A stretch of 56,321 nt of DNA, taken from the NCBI GenBank assembly GCA_020722185.1, contig DYLH01000004.1, positions 7,882-64,202 of the forward strand. The letters run 5' to 3'. Position numbers and translations under genes: made by a program. The notes beneath the pieces are model-generated. The model was not told the origin of the DNA and made no database searches. It saw nothing but the letters and a program-made list of their open reading frames with translations. The stretch is from Candidatus Avelusimicrobium gallicola. Lineage in GTDB: Bacteria > Elusimicrobiota > Elusimicrobia > Elusimicrobiales > UBA9959. Positions 37,040 to 46,822 of this stretch are shown in pieces; the stretch's first letter is position 1, and every line of letters starts with the position of its first letter.

Positions 37040-37759
37040 ATGAAATTAAGCATTGTCATTCCCGCTTACAATGAGGAGCTGCGCATAGGCAAAACAATTA
37101 AGGCAGTTAAGGACTATCTTTTTCTTAAGGGAATTAATTTTGAGTTTATTTTTGTAAATGATGGTTCAAGGGATAAAACGGTTGACATTATAAGAAAATC
37201 ACTTGAAGGATTCAGGGAGTATAAGATACTGTCTCATGAAAAGAATAGGGGTAAAGGGGCTGCAATAAAAACTGGCATGCTTTCTGCCAGTGGCGATTGG
37301 ATTTTATTTATGGATTCTGATCTTTCAACTCCGATAGAAGAGCTAGAAAAGTTTATTCCTTTTTTCTCAAGTTCATACACTGTGATAATAGGAACAAGAA
37401 AGGCTAAAGGCGCGATGGTTGAAGTGAGGCAGAATTTTTTTAGAGAAAATATGGGAAAAGTTTTCACATTTTTAAGCAATTTAATTCTTGGAACAAATTA
37501 TTCTGACTTCACATGCGGCTTTAAGTGTTTTAGAAAGGACGCAAGTTTTAAAATTTTTTCGTCTCAAAAAATAGAAAATTGGAGCTACGATAGTGAAATA
37601 TTATTTTTAGCTAAAAAATATGGTTTTCAGATTATTGAGATCCCGGTGAGATGGATAAATGATCCAAATACAAAAGTGCGTTTGATTAAAGACACTATTG
37701 GCTCTTTTATGGGGCTTTTGAGGATAAGGGCTAACAATGTATTGGGGAGATATGAGTAA
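37040..37759 (+). CDS. GT2 polyprenol-phosphate glycosyltransferase (Dol-P-Glc/Man synthase-like)
   Basis: SIVIPAYNE, VNDGSRD, NRGKGAA, MDSDLS, DFTCGFK, EIPVRW. Start MKLSIV at 37040. Confidence 0.9.
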   Translation: MKLSIVIPAYNEELRIGKTIKAVKDYLFLKGINFEFIFVNDGSRDKTVDIIRKSLEGFREYKILSHEKNRGKGAAIKTGMLSASGDWILFMDSDLSTPIEELEKFIPFFSSSYTVIIGTRKAKGAMVEVRQNFFRENMGKVFTFLSNLILGTNYSDFTCGFKCFRKDASFKIFSSQKIENWSYDSEILFLAKKYGFQIIEIPVRWINDPNTKVRLIKDTIGSFMGLLRIRANNVLGRYE

Positions 37760-39323
37760 AAAAGCTGTCATTTTACTTTCTGCGATAATCTTTTTAGGCA
37801 TAATTCTAAGAATTCAAGGTCTCTTCTGCGGACTTCCTTCACAGACTAAAAGATTGTCTACTTTCCATTTCGATGAGTATATAACCTTCGAGGCGATTGG
37901 AAGAATGAATCCTTCCTCATTTAATTTCTACCCGAATGAAGCTCTTTACTGGGGAAGTTTTCAGGCTTATTTGCAGGCTACTATACTCAAGGCGATGCAA
38001 GTCCTTGGAATTTTCAAACCGGGCTCAAAGGAGGAGATGAGAAAAAATCTTTTCGAGGCAGATAAAATGTATATTTCTGGCAGGATAATTACAGGTATTT
38101 TTTCTCTTGCTTCGCTTGTTTTGATGTTTTTTTGTGGCCGACTTTTATATGATGAAAAAACAGGATTGTGGAGCGCGGCTTTTATGGCATTTTCTTATGT
38201 TGAAGTCTATATATCTTCAATAGTAAAACCTGATTCAATAATGCTTTTTTGGGGGATATTCTCATTTTACTTTCTGCTTAAATGGGATAAATCGGAAAAT
38301 AATAAGCATCTTTTTACAGCGGCTGTTCTCAATGGTATGTCTTTTGCCTCAAAATACACTGGCATAATATTTTTTCTCAATTTCCTGTTCTTTTCGTACC
38401 AAAAGTTTAGATTCAATGGCATGAGAAAAACTCTGCTCAATATTTCTTTTTACGCTTTTCTATTGACAGCAGTTTTCTTCATGATAAATCCATATTTCAT
38501 TATAAAACCTGATGAATCATTCCATTATTTTTGGGAAATCTTTTCTAAGACAGCCATAAATGGATCTGTAATATCGGGATATCGGGAATATTTTCTGGAA
38601 ATATTGCCAGTATCATATGGATTGCCTTATCTTTTATTATTTGCTTTCAGTTCCTTTCTGGCTTTGAAAGAAAAAAGAGCAGAACTTTATGCGTCTTTGT
38701 TTTTTATTGCTTTCTATGTAATTAAATTCGGGTATCCTCTCAATCAGAGTTTTGCTTATTCTCTTCCTATTGCTCCATTTATGGCTTTAACTTGCGCGTG
38801 GGCAATTACACATAAAAATAAAAATCTGATTAAGGTATTTGGCATACTTGTCTTGATTTACTCATTTTCATATTCTTTATGGCAAAAGAGCCTATGGTCA
38901 AAAGATAATACAATAAGTCGCGCGTCTCAATATATTGAAAAAAATATTCCTTTTGAAAGCAGTGTATGTGTTTCAAGGATAGAGATATGGACTCCGATTG
39001 TTTTAAGGAAATATGATACCCCTTATGAAAAAATTAGAACATTTGGGGAAACTAAAACAACTTTCAAAGATGGAGTTGAACTAATGCTTTCTCAATCAGA
39101 TGTCTGTGATTATATTGTCATCAGTGAATATGAAAGTAAAATAATACATTCAAATCCGCAGTTGTATAGACTAAAAAAAGAGCTTGAGGATAAGTTTGAA
39201 AAAATTTATAACTCACGGCGCCCGGAAAATTTTTTATTTACCCTAAATAATTCTCACCATTATCTTTTTGCCTCTTTTATGAATCCAGATTTTGATATTT
39301 ATATGTCAAAAAGAATTCTGTAA
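37752..39323 (+). CDS. ArnT/PMT-like GT-C membrane glycosyltransferase
   Basis: N-terminal TM followed by HFDE, many TM helices, KPD, ASKY motif. Confidence 0.8.
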   Translation: MSKKAVILLSAIIFLGIILRIQGLFCGLPSQTKRLSTFHFDEYITFEAIGRMNPSSFNFYPNEALYWGSFQAYLQATILKAMQVLGIFKPGSKEEMRKNLFEADKMYISGRIITGIFSLASLVLMFFCGRLLYDEKTGLWSAAFMAFSYVEVYISSIVKPDSIMLFWGIFSFYFLLKWDKSENNKHLFTAAVLNGMSFASKYTGIIFFLNFLFFSYQKFRFNGMRKTLLNISFYAFLLTAVFFMINPYFIIKPDESFHYFWEIFSKTAINGSVISGYREYFLEILPVSYGLPYLLLFAFSSFLALKEKRAELYASLFFIAFYVIKFGYPLNQSFAYSLPIAPFMALTCAWAITHKNKNLIKVFGILVLIYSFSYSLWQKSLWSKDNTISRASQYIEKNIPFESSVCVSRIEIWTPIVLRKYDTPYEKIRTFGETKTTFKDGVELMLSQSDVCDYIVISEYESKIIHSNPQLYRLKKELEDKFEKIYNSRRPENFLFTLNNSHHYLFASFMNPDFDIYMSKRIL

Positions 39324-39352
39324 TAAAATTTGTAAAATAAAGATATAAATAT

Positions 39353-40384
39353 ATGATTTCAAATTTTCCTTTCTATGCTCTGACCTTCTCAATGTCGCTT
39401 ATTTTATCTCTCATCTTTGTCCCATTGATAAGATTTTTATCTGTAAAGTTTGAATTCTACGATAAACCAAATGAAATAAAAACGCATAAGGGGCATATTC
39501 CGGTATTTGGGGGACTTGGTGTCTTTTTAGCCTTTTCTATATCCTTGATAGTAATGCGTTTATCAACTTCATTTCCCACAGGTACTTTGAGAGACCTCAG
39601 GTATATACTGATAGGCGCTTTTTTAATGCTTATGCTTGGAATAGTAGATGACATAAAAAAACCAAAAGGCCTTTCCGTGGAATTCAAATTTATATTTCAA
39701 TTTATCATAGCCATTTTTATGGTTATTTCAGGTTTTCAAATAAGATTTATTTCTCCCGAACATCTCTCATTTATTTTAAGTGTTTTGTGGATAGTTGGCA
39801 TAACCAATGCCTTTAACATAATAGATATAATGGATGGACTCTCCTCATCTCAAATTATAGCGGCAGGACTTGCCTTTTGGTTTATATCTCTACCTTCAGA
39901 ACATGTATATGTCAATTTGATGGCTGCTGCCATTTCTGGCGCTGCGGCAGGATTTTTCCCTTACAATATGTCATCTAGATTGAAAATATTTATGGGAGAT
40001 AGCGGCAGTCTCTTCTGCGGTTTTATAATGGCCGTACTTTCTCTTGGAAGTGAATATTCAAGGAATAATGCTCTGGGTGTTTATGCTCCAATTTTTGTAC
40101 TTGCAGTGCCATTATACGACACTTTATTTGTTTCTATAATGAGAATTAAAAAAGGCATTTCTCCTTTTTCAGGTAGTAAAGACCATTATGCTTTAAGGCT
40201 GGAAGCTATGGGATTTTCTAGAAAAAAAATAACATATGCCAGTTTTATATTTTCAATTCTAATGGGCACTGCCGCATGGCTTTCAACGCTTGTTTCTTTG
40301 AAATGGGGCGCTTTGATCTATCTCATTATAGGTCTTGAATTTTTAATAATAAGCTGGCATATATCCAAAATAAGAGTGGATTAA
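39353..40384 (+). CDS. WecA/TagO-like undecaprenyl-phosphate GlcNAc-1-phosphate transferase
   Basis: DKP...KTH..P.FGG, GIVDD, NAFNIIDIMDGL, IFMGDSGS. Confidence 0.9.
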   Translation: MISNFPFYALTFSMSLILSLIFVPLIRFLSVKFEFYDKPNEIKTHKGHIPVFGGLGVFLAFSISLIVMRLSTSFPTGTLRDLRYILIGAFLMLMLGIVDDIKKPKGLSVEFKFIFQFIIAIFMVISGFQIRFISPEHLSFILSVLWIVGITNAFNIIDIMDGLSSSQIIAAGLAFWFISLPSEHVYVNLMAAAISGAAAGFFPYNMSSRLKIFMGDSGSLFCGFIMAVLSLGSEYSRNNALGVYAPIFVLAVPLYDTLFVSIMRIKKGISPFSGSKDHYALRLEAMGFSRKKITYASFIFSILMGTAAWLSTLVSLKWGALIYLIIGLEFLIISWHISKIRVD

Positions 40385-40386
40385 AG

Positions 40387-40785
40387 TTATTGTTTCTCCA
40401 CCATTGTTTCAAAAGCAGGCGGATCTATCAATGTTCTTTTGACAAGGCAGAGATCTACCGATGATTTAATTGCAGGAATATACTTATCAGGAAAGTCTTT
40501 GGGCAATTTTAGTATTATTTCAACCTTGTCAAGCAAATGTTTCTCTCTGTTCCAATCAAATTTTAACTCCATCTTAAATCCTTCCATATTTAGTTTCCTA
40601 TTTTGGAAGAAGAAAAGAGCGTAGACGCCGGCGCAGGTTCCAAGAGAGGCTAGAAAAAGCTCAAAAGGAGCAGGCGCACTGCCGTCTCCTCCCGCTGATA
40701 CAGGCTGGTCTGTTTTTATTTCCGTTGAATTAATAATGGCGTTTACTTTTTGGTTTCCCGGAAAGGTTATCTCCATCTTTGACAT
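40387..40785 (-). CDS. OsmC family protein
   Basis: TDQPVSAGG...PFELFLASLGTC, CLVKRTL; AGGAGG RBS before 40785. Confidence 0.88.
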   Translation of the reverse strand: MSKMEITFPGNQKVNAIINSTEIKTDQPVSAGGDGSAPAPFELFLASLGTCAGVYALFFFQNRKLNMEGFKMELKFDWNREKHLLDKVEIILKLPKDFPDKYIPAIKSSVDLCLVKRTLIDPPAFETMVEKQ

Positions 40786-40844
40786 TTGTCCTCCTGATAT
40801 TTTGCACTCGATATTTAGATGATGCGCTAAGGTAAAAAGTTTCA

Positions 40845-41999
40845 CTAGTATGACTTTAGATTTTTATGTATGCCTGGGATTATAGTTGATCTTGGATCCG
40901 GCTGTTTTTGCACTTCCATTATCTGTGGATATATCCTGATAAAGGCATTCACAACTTCTGGATCAAAAGATTTTGATGACTCCTGTACTATGTATTCTCT
41001 GGCCTTTTCAGGGTCCCAACTTGGCTTGTAAACTCTAGGCATACACAGCGCGTCAAATACATCCGCTACTGAAACTATCCTTGCCTCAAGGGGAATTTGA
41101 GTATATTTCAATTTATTTGGATATCCTGTACCATCAAATTTTTCATGATGAGAAGCGGCTATCTTGCAGGCCACTTGAAGAAGATTGCTTTGGGCATTGC
41201 AAAGTATTTTTGCTCCATAAAGGGTGTGCTTCTTCATCTCCTCAAATTCTTCGGCAGTGAGCTTCGCGGGTTTAAGAAGTATGGCATCAGCTATTGCCAC
41301 TTTCCCTATGTCGTGAAGAGGACTTGCATATCTTATGTTCTCCACTTGCTTTTCTTCAAGCCCCATCGATGTAGCTATTAAAGCTGAATACTCACTTATA
41401 TGCCTTAAATGTATAGCTGTGTCATGTTGATCCCTGTACTCGGCCGTTATAGCCAATCTGTAAATGGTCTCGAGCTGAGATTGTGAAATTGTTTCATATA
41501 GTTGAGCATTTTCTATGGCTGAGGCAGCAAGAGAGCTTAACAGCTGTAGTATACCTTCATCTTCACTGTTGAATTGCCCTTGTTTTTTATTGAGCACCTC
41601 AAATACCCCTATGATGTTTCCGTTGACATTTTTGAGAGGAACAGCTAGAATGCTTCTTGTTTTGAATCTTATTATCCTGTCTATTTCAGGATTGAACTTT
41701 TCATTTGAATAAGCGTCTGAGATATTTAGCGGATTTCCAGTTAGAGCTACTTGCCCAACTATGCCACTTCCAAGTGGAACTCGTATTTCTGTGTGACCTA
41801 TACCTCTGGCCACTTCAGACCAGAGTTCATTTGTGGATGCTTCAAGTAAGAAAATAGAACATCTTTCGGCTGTAAGAATTTCTTCAACCTGTTTGGCTAT
41901 GAGCTCAAGCAGTTTGTTTAAATTAGTCTCTTTTGTTACAAGACCGCCAAATTTTACAAGCTGGCCCAAACGATTTTCCAATTCTTCCGCTCTATTCAT
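40845..41999 (-). CDS. GAF + HD-GYP cyclic-dinucleotide phosphodiesterase
   Basis: GAF domain, then HDIGK, HHEKFDGTGYP, ADVFDAL, RVYK. Confidence 0.92.
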   Translation of the reverse strand: MNRAEELENRLGQLVKFGGLVTKETNLNKLLELIAKQVEEILTAERCSIFLLEASTNELWSEVARGIGHTEIRVPLGSGIVGQVALTGNPLNISDAYSNEKFNPEIDRIIRFKTRSILAVPLKNVNGNIIGVFEVLNKKQGQFNSEDEGILQLLSSLAASAIENAQLYETISQSQLETIYRLAITAEYRDQHDTAIHLRHISEYSALIATSMGLEEKQVENIRYASPLHDIGKVAIADAILLKPAKLTAEEFEEMKKHTLYGAKILCNAQSNLLQVACKIAASHHEKFDGTGYPNKLKYTQIPLEARIVSVADVFDALCMPRVYKPSWDPEKAREYIVQESSKSFDPEVVNAFIRIYPQIMEVQKQPDPRSTIIPGIHKNLKSY

Positions 42000-42062
42000 T
42001 GCATTTATATTCTAGCATTATTTGTTTAAAAAAAGTTCAATTTTTTCGCAAATATCTTGTGA

Positions 42063-43409
42063 TTAATTTTTTAGTAAAAACTCTTTTAAAAAAAGGGAAT
42101 AATGCATTATTTTAGCTGATGGATACATCTCTTTTAGCCCCTTTTCTATCTGCATAAGACATGAAGTGGATGAGGCTATCACAATATCAGGTCTAACTGA
42201 AGAAATATTTTTTATTTTTCTTTCCAATATTTTTTTTGAGATTTCTATATTTGTGAAAGCGAAAGCTCCCGCTCCGCCACAGCAATGATCGCTTTCTGGC
42301 ATTTCACAGAGTTTTTCTTTTAAAACGGGTTTTAATACATCTCTTAACTCTTGTTTTATTCCTTGTCCATGAGACGCCCTGCATGAGTCGTGAATAGTGA
42401 CTCTTTTGCCTTCAAGCTTTTGACTGTCAAGTCTGTGCAAAATTTCAGCAGGCTTGATAAATTCGGTTATGTCTTTCACCTTTGACGAAAAATTTTTGGC
42501 ATTTTCAAATTCTTCCTCGTTTCCAGAAAATAGAGAAGGATAAGATTTCAAAAAAGCCGCGCAGGATGAACAGTCCAGTATGATCGGAGCCTCATTGAAT
42601 TTCATTGAAATATTTCGATATAACTCCATGTTTTTTCTCGCCGCTTTTCTTGCCTCGTCAAGAGATCCATAGTTGTATGCTGGCAGTCCGCAACATTCAT
42701 TTTTCATTATTATTCCATCGCCATAGACCATCAGCAATATTTCAACTGTGGCCAGTCCGTTTTCAGTGTATATAAATTCTGTTCCACAGGCTGAAAAATA
42801 TATCCAGGATATTTTCCCATTCCCTTTAAGTCTCTCATCTTTTTCAAGTTTTTCTGTGAGAAATTTAAGAGGAGTTCTCAATGCTTTTTTTTGCGCTTCC
42901 TCAAGACCTGGCATATTTAGAAGGTAAAATAATCCTAGTTTTTCACTTAAATAGGTGAGGCCAGATTTTTTAAGCAGATAGAGAAATTTGATTGCGTAGG
43001 AATAGATATTCTTTCTTGAGACCAGCATTGAAGCTATCTTATAGTAAAGGCTTTTGCCGTGACCGCTCATTTCTCTTCTAGCTTCCAGAACAATATCTGC
43101 GGTAGGCACTTTACCATAGCAGGTTTGAGTGCATGCGCCGCAAAGAAGGCATGTCTTAAGGCCTTCTGCCGCCGCATCAGATGGTTTCATTTTCCCTTCG
43201 ATAAGTTTTCTTACAAGTTGATTCCTGCCTCTTGGAGAAAGCGTTTCTTTGCCAGTTAAAGAATAAGTGGGACAGCTTGTTTCACAATATCCGCATCTAA
43301 GGCATCTACTTACAGCGTCATATATTTCTTTCTCTCCATCTGCTGTGGAAAGGAATTTAAGATGAGGTATGTCATTAGAAAAAAGCTCATTTATATCGTA
43401 TTTAGCCAT
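42063..43409 (-). CDS. GlcF-like Fe-S oxidoreductase subunit (two 4Fe-4S motifs plus two CCG domains)
   Basis: CLRCGYCETSCP, CLLCGACTQTC, CCG twice, HDSC. Confidence 0.88.
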   Translation of the reverse strand: MAKYDINELFSNDIPHLKFLSTADGEKEIYDAVSRCLRCGYCETSCPTYSLTGKETLSPRGRNQLVRKLIEGKMKPSDAAAEGLKTCLLCGACTQTCYGKVPTADIVLEARREMSGHGKSLYYKIASMLVSRKNIYSYAIKFLYLLKKSGLTYLSEKLGLFYLLNMPGLEEAQKKALRTPLKFLTEKLEKDERLKGNGKISWIYFSACGTEFIYTENGLATVEILLMVYGDGIIMKNECCGLPAYNYGSLDEARKAARKNMELYRNISMKFNEAPIILDCSSCAAFLKSYPSLFSGNEEEFENAKNFSSKVKDITEFIKPAEILHRLDSQKLEGKRVTIHDSCRASHGQGIKQELRDVLKPVLKEKLCEMPESDHCCGGAGAFAFTNIEISKKILERKIKNISSVRPDIVIASSTSCLMQIEKGLKEMYPSAKIMHYSLFLKEFLLKN

Positions 43410-45415
43410 TAAAATTCTCCAAATACATGGGGATTGAAAAGATTATTGGGATCAAAAGCTTTCTTGATATTTTTGAGTATGGGATCATTAAAGTTTGGCA
43501 TAGGTTCAATGAGAGGATCCTCAACTTTTCCTTTTTCTTTGAAGGCTGGATTATAAACTTTAAGCGTCATAGATATAATGAAAGCAAAAGCGCCCCTAGA
43601 TCCTAGGATTAGCGGCGCAAGATTATATCCGCTCACGCTTTTTATAGTTTTTCCACCAAGCCTGATCACTTCTCCAGAGGAAAGAAGCAAATCCATTCCT
43701 GTTATGAGGCTTCTCATTGAAGGATATAATTTCAATGCGACAGCGGCGCCAAGAGTGGTTTCATCTAGAGGAAGAGCTACATCAAGATTATGCTCTTTGA
43801 GAAATTTTTTAAGCGCTGAAATTCTCATTCCGCTTTCCACAGTTATTGTCATATTGCCTTTATCAAAGTCCATAATATCTGTTAATTCAAAAGAAGAAAG
43901 AATTTTTTTGTCTGAAGTATTATCCGCTTTTTGCGAAGTTAATATGGATGGTTTTTTAGTATGAAATCTTTCTCTTGCAATGTTAACTATCTTCGTAGCC
44001 TTTGAAGTAAGTGGCGGCTCTTTGCGGTCAATTGGTTTTATTTGACCTGAAGAGAGTGGGAGTTTTTTATATGGATTTAAAATCTCCATAGGGTCAAAAG
44101 CTTTTTTTATCCTGTAAAAAAGATTTATTGTTTCCTGTGGATATCTAAGGCTCATGGCCTTTCTTTTCTCAACTCCAATGCCATGTTCGCCAGATATATC
44201 TCCAGAAAGTTCAAGACATATCCTAAGTATTTCTTCTCCGGCTATTTTGGCTCTTTTTGTTTCATCTTTATCTCTCTGGTCAAAAACTATATTTGGATGT
44301 ATATTGCCATCCCCGGCGTGAAAAACAAGCCCGGCTCTAAGCCTGTTTTCCTCAAGCACCTTTTTAATTCTCTTTACCGCTTGCGCAAGCATAGGTCTTG
44401 GAACCACTCCATCTTCAACCATAACATTTTCAGCTATTCTGGCCAGAGCAGGATATGACTCTTTTCTTATCTTCCAGAGTTTTTCTCTTTTATCTGGATC
44501 ACTTGTAATTTCGTATGAAAATCCTTTAGATGATGAGAATATTTCCAAAACTTTTTTTTCAATTGCCTCATTTGCATCTTCTAGTTCCACAATAAGAAGG
44601 GCTTCAGCTTCTTGTGGGATTTCTTCTTTTTCTGCTCCAGCTTTTATGGACAAAGCGTCGACTTCTTCTAAAGCTCTTGGTATTATTCCCTCAGCTATAA
44701 TTGTGGAAACTGCATTCATTGAATCTTCCACGCTCTTAAAAAAACAAGTTAGAGCTGTTATTTTTTTGGCCATAGGCAGTATTCTAAGCCATGCAGTCTT
44801 TATAACTCCAAGCGTCCCCTCGCTCTGACAAAAAAGGGAGACTAAATCGGGCCCTGGGTCTTGCCTTGAAAAAATTCTTTCAGAACCATCTGGCAGTACA
44901 ACCTCAAGTTTTTCTATATGATCGCAAGTGACGCCATATTTAAGGCATTGCGGACCGCCTGCATTTTGGGATATATTTCCCCCTATGGTGCATACTTTTT
45001 GACTGGCTGGGTCTGGAGCGTAAAAAAAGCCATATTTCGCAAGCTCATTCTGCAATTGCAAATTGACAATGCCGGGATCTACTACAGCTATTTGAGAGAC
45101 TGTGTCTATCTGTCTTATTTTTTTTAGTTTGGCCAGATTAAGGATTACGCCGCCTTTCATGTTTACAGCCGCCCCACAGAGATTTGTGCCAGCGGCTCTG
45201 GGGGTGAAAGATATATTGTGAGATGCCAGAATTTTTATTACGGGAGATATTTGTGAAATGTCTTGAAAATGTATTACTGAGCAGGGCTTTGCGGCGGCAA
45301 GTGAAGCGTCATAGGAATAGCAGAGAAGCTCAGCCTCAGATAGACCTATATTTTCTTGCCCTACTACATCGGTCAACTGAGCTAGAACTTCTCCTTTTAT
45401 CAATCCTTTTCGCAT
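43409..45415 (-). CDS. FAD-linked 2-hydroxyacid oxidase, GlcD-like with a fused GlcE-like C-terminal domain
   Basis: PDPASQ..CTIGGN..NAGG...KYG, HAGDGNIH, GEHGIG; a second module 'TITVESGM...GGKTIKSVSGYNL...FDPNNLFNP'. Confidence 0.85.
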   Translation of the reverse strand: MRKGLIKGEVLAQLTDVVGQENIGLSEAELLCYSYDASLAAAKPCSVIHFQDISQISPVIKILASHNISFTPRAAGTNLCGAAVNMKGGVILNLAKLKKIRQIDTVSQIAVVDPGIVNLQLQNELAKYGFFYAPDPASQKVCTIGGNISQNAGGPQCLKYGVTCDHIEKLEVVLPDGSERIFSRQDPGPDLVSLFCQSEGTLGVIKTAWLRILPMAKKITALTCFFKSVEDSMNAVSTIIAEGIIPRALEEVDALSIKAGAEKEEIPQEAEALLIVELEDANEAIEKKVLEIFSSSKGFSYEITSDPDKREKLWKIRKESYPALARIAENVMVEDGVVPRPMLAQAVKRIKKVLEENRLRAGLVFHAGDGNIHPNIVFDQRDKDETKRAKIAGEEILRICLELSGDISGEHGIGVEKRKAMSLRYPQETINLFYRIKKAFDPMEILNPYKKLPLSSGQIKPIDRKEPPLTSKATKIVNIARERFHTKKPSILTSQKADNTSDKKILSSFELTDIMDFDKGNMTITVESGMRISALKKFLKEHNLDVALPLDETTLGAAVALKLYPSMRSLITGMDLLLSSGEVIRLGGKTIKSVSGYNLAPLILGSRGAFAFIISMTLKVYNPAFKEKGKVEDPLIEPMPNFNDPILKNIKKAFDPNNLFNPHVFGEF

Positions 45416-45418
45416 ATC

Positions 45419-46813
45419 TCAGGATGCTGGCTTGAGCTTGGCTGTAAAATGAGAAAGCACAAGAGGAGCCTCAACTATTTCAAGCCCCTTTATAGATTTT
45501 TTATTTTTTGCCAGATAAGCTGCGACTTCTATCACATAGTCTATATGGCTTTGTGTATAAACTCTTCTTGGCATAGCCATTCTGACAAGTTCCATAGATG
45601 CGGGTAGAAAATTTCCTTTACTATCTCTCTTGCCAAACATCAAAGTTCCTATCTCCACAGTTCTTATTCCGCCCTCTAAATATAAAGCGCAGGCTAAAGC
45701 CTGTCCGGGAAATTGCTGCGGCTTTATGTGTGGGAGAAATTTTTTTGCATTTATATATACGCCATGTCCGCCCGGAGGATTCACTATCGGTATGCCATTT
45801 TTAAGAAGACCCTCGCCTAGATATTGAGACGATCTTATTCTATATTGAAGATACTCTTCATTTAACACTTCTTTTAGACCTATAGCTATGGCTTCCAGGT
45901 CTCTTCCCGCCAGCCCCCCATATGTGCTAAATCCTTCTGTCAGTATCAATATCTGTCTACATTTAAGAGATAGCTCCCTGTCGTTCATAGCAAGAAAACC
46001 ACCTATATTTACGAGAGCATCTTTTTTGGAACTCATCATAGCTCCATCGCATAGTTCAAACATTTCTTTGGCTATCTCTTCAACAGGAGTTTCGCTGTAT
46101 CCTCTTTCTCTCAGTTTTATAAAGTATGCATTTTCAGCAAATCGGGCGCAATCCAAGAACATTGGTATGCCATATTTGTCACAAATTTTTTTTACAGATT
46201 TTAAATTTTCCATGGATACCGGCTGTCCACCAAGCGAGTTATTTGTCACAGTTATAATACACATCGCTATATTCTTCTCGCCCTTTTCTTTTATGAATTT
46301 TTCCATAGCTTCTACATCTGCATTTCCTTTAAAAGGTCCAGTTTTATCAAAGTCCAATGCTCCCGGAGCTGGAAAATCCATAGCTATGGCTCCAGACGCC
46401 TCTACATTGGCTCTGGTAGTGTCAAAATGAGAATTTGAAATTACATATTTCTCTTTGGCGGCCAAAGCTGTGAAAAGTATTTTTTCAGCTGCTCTTCCCT
46501 GGTGAACAGGTATTATTTCTTCAAGTCCGGTAAGATTTTTTATGGCCATTTCAAAATTATAAAAACTTCTTGCCCCCGCATATGACTCATCTCCCTTCAT
46601 TATTCCAGCCCATTGCTCAGCGCTCATTGCGCCTGTTCCGCTGTCTGTCAGCATATCTATTAAAACTTTGTCAGCTTTTATATTGAATAGATTGTAGTGA
46701 GCTGTTTCAAGAATTCTTTCCCTTTCTTCCCTTGATGTAAAACCCAAGGGTTCCACAGTTTTTATTTTGAAAGGCTCTATTATCGTTTTCCATTGCCAAC
46801 TTGTTTTTTTCAT
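45419..46813 (-). CDS. tnaA: Tryptophanase (beta-eliminating lyase)
   Basis: EPFKIK, DMLTDSGT, GDESYAG, HQGRAAE, MSSKKD (PLP Lys). 'VEIG' and 'HFTA' are tryptophanase-type; tyrosine phenol-lyase has 'MERG' and 'FFTA'. Confidence 0.85.
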   Translation of the reverse strand: MKKTSWQWKTIIEPFKIKTVEPLGFTSREERERILETAHYNLFNIKADKVLIDMLTDSGTGAMSAEQWAGIMKGDESYAGARSFYNFEMAIKNLTGLEEIIPVHQGRAAEKILFTALAAKEKYVISNSHFDTTRANVEASGAIAMDFPAPGALDFDKTGPFKGNADVEAMEKFIKEKGEKNIAMCIITVTNNSLGGQPVSMENLKSVKKICDKYGIPMFLDCARFAENAYFIKLRERGYSETPVEEIAKEMFELCDGAMMSSKKDALVNIGGFLAMNDRELSLKCRQILILTEGFSTYGGLAGRDLEAIAIGLKEVLNEEYLQYRIRSSQYLGEGLLKNGIPIVNPPGGHGVYINAKKFLPHIKPQQFPGQALACALYLEGGIRTVEIGTLMFGKRDSKGNFLPASMELVRMAMPRRVYTQSHIDYVIEVAAYLAKNKKSIKGLEIVEAPLVLSHFTAKLKPAS

Positions 46814-46822
46814 ATTTCCTCC

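Noticed and set aside
45419-46813. Tyrosine phenol-lyase call, or inactivation by LSHFTA instead of LRHFTA
   Set aside because: The diagnostic residues are tryptophanase-type. The PLP lysine and the other core motifs are intact, so one substitution is weak evidence.
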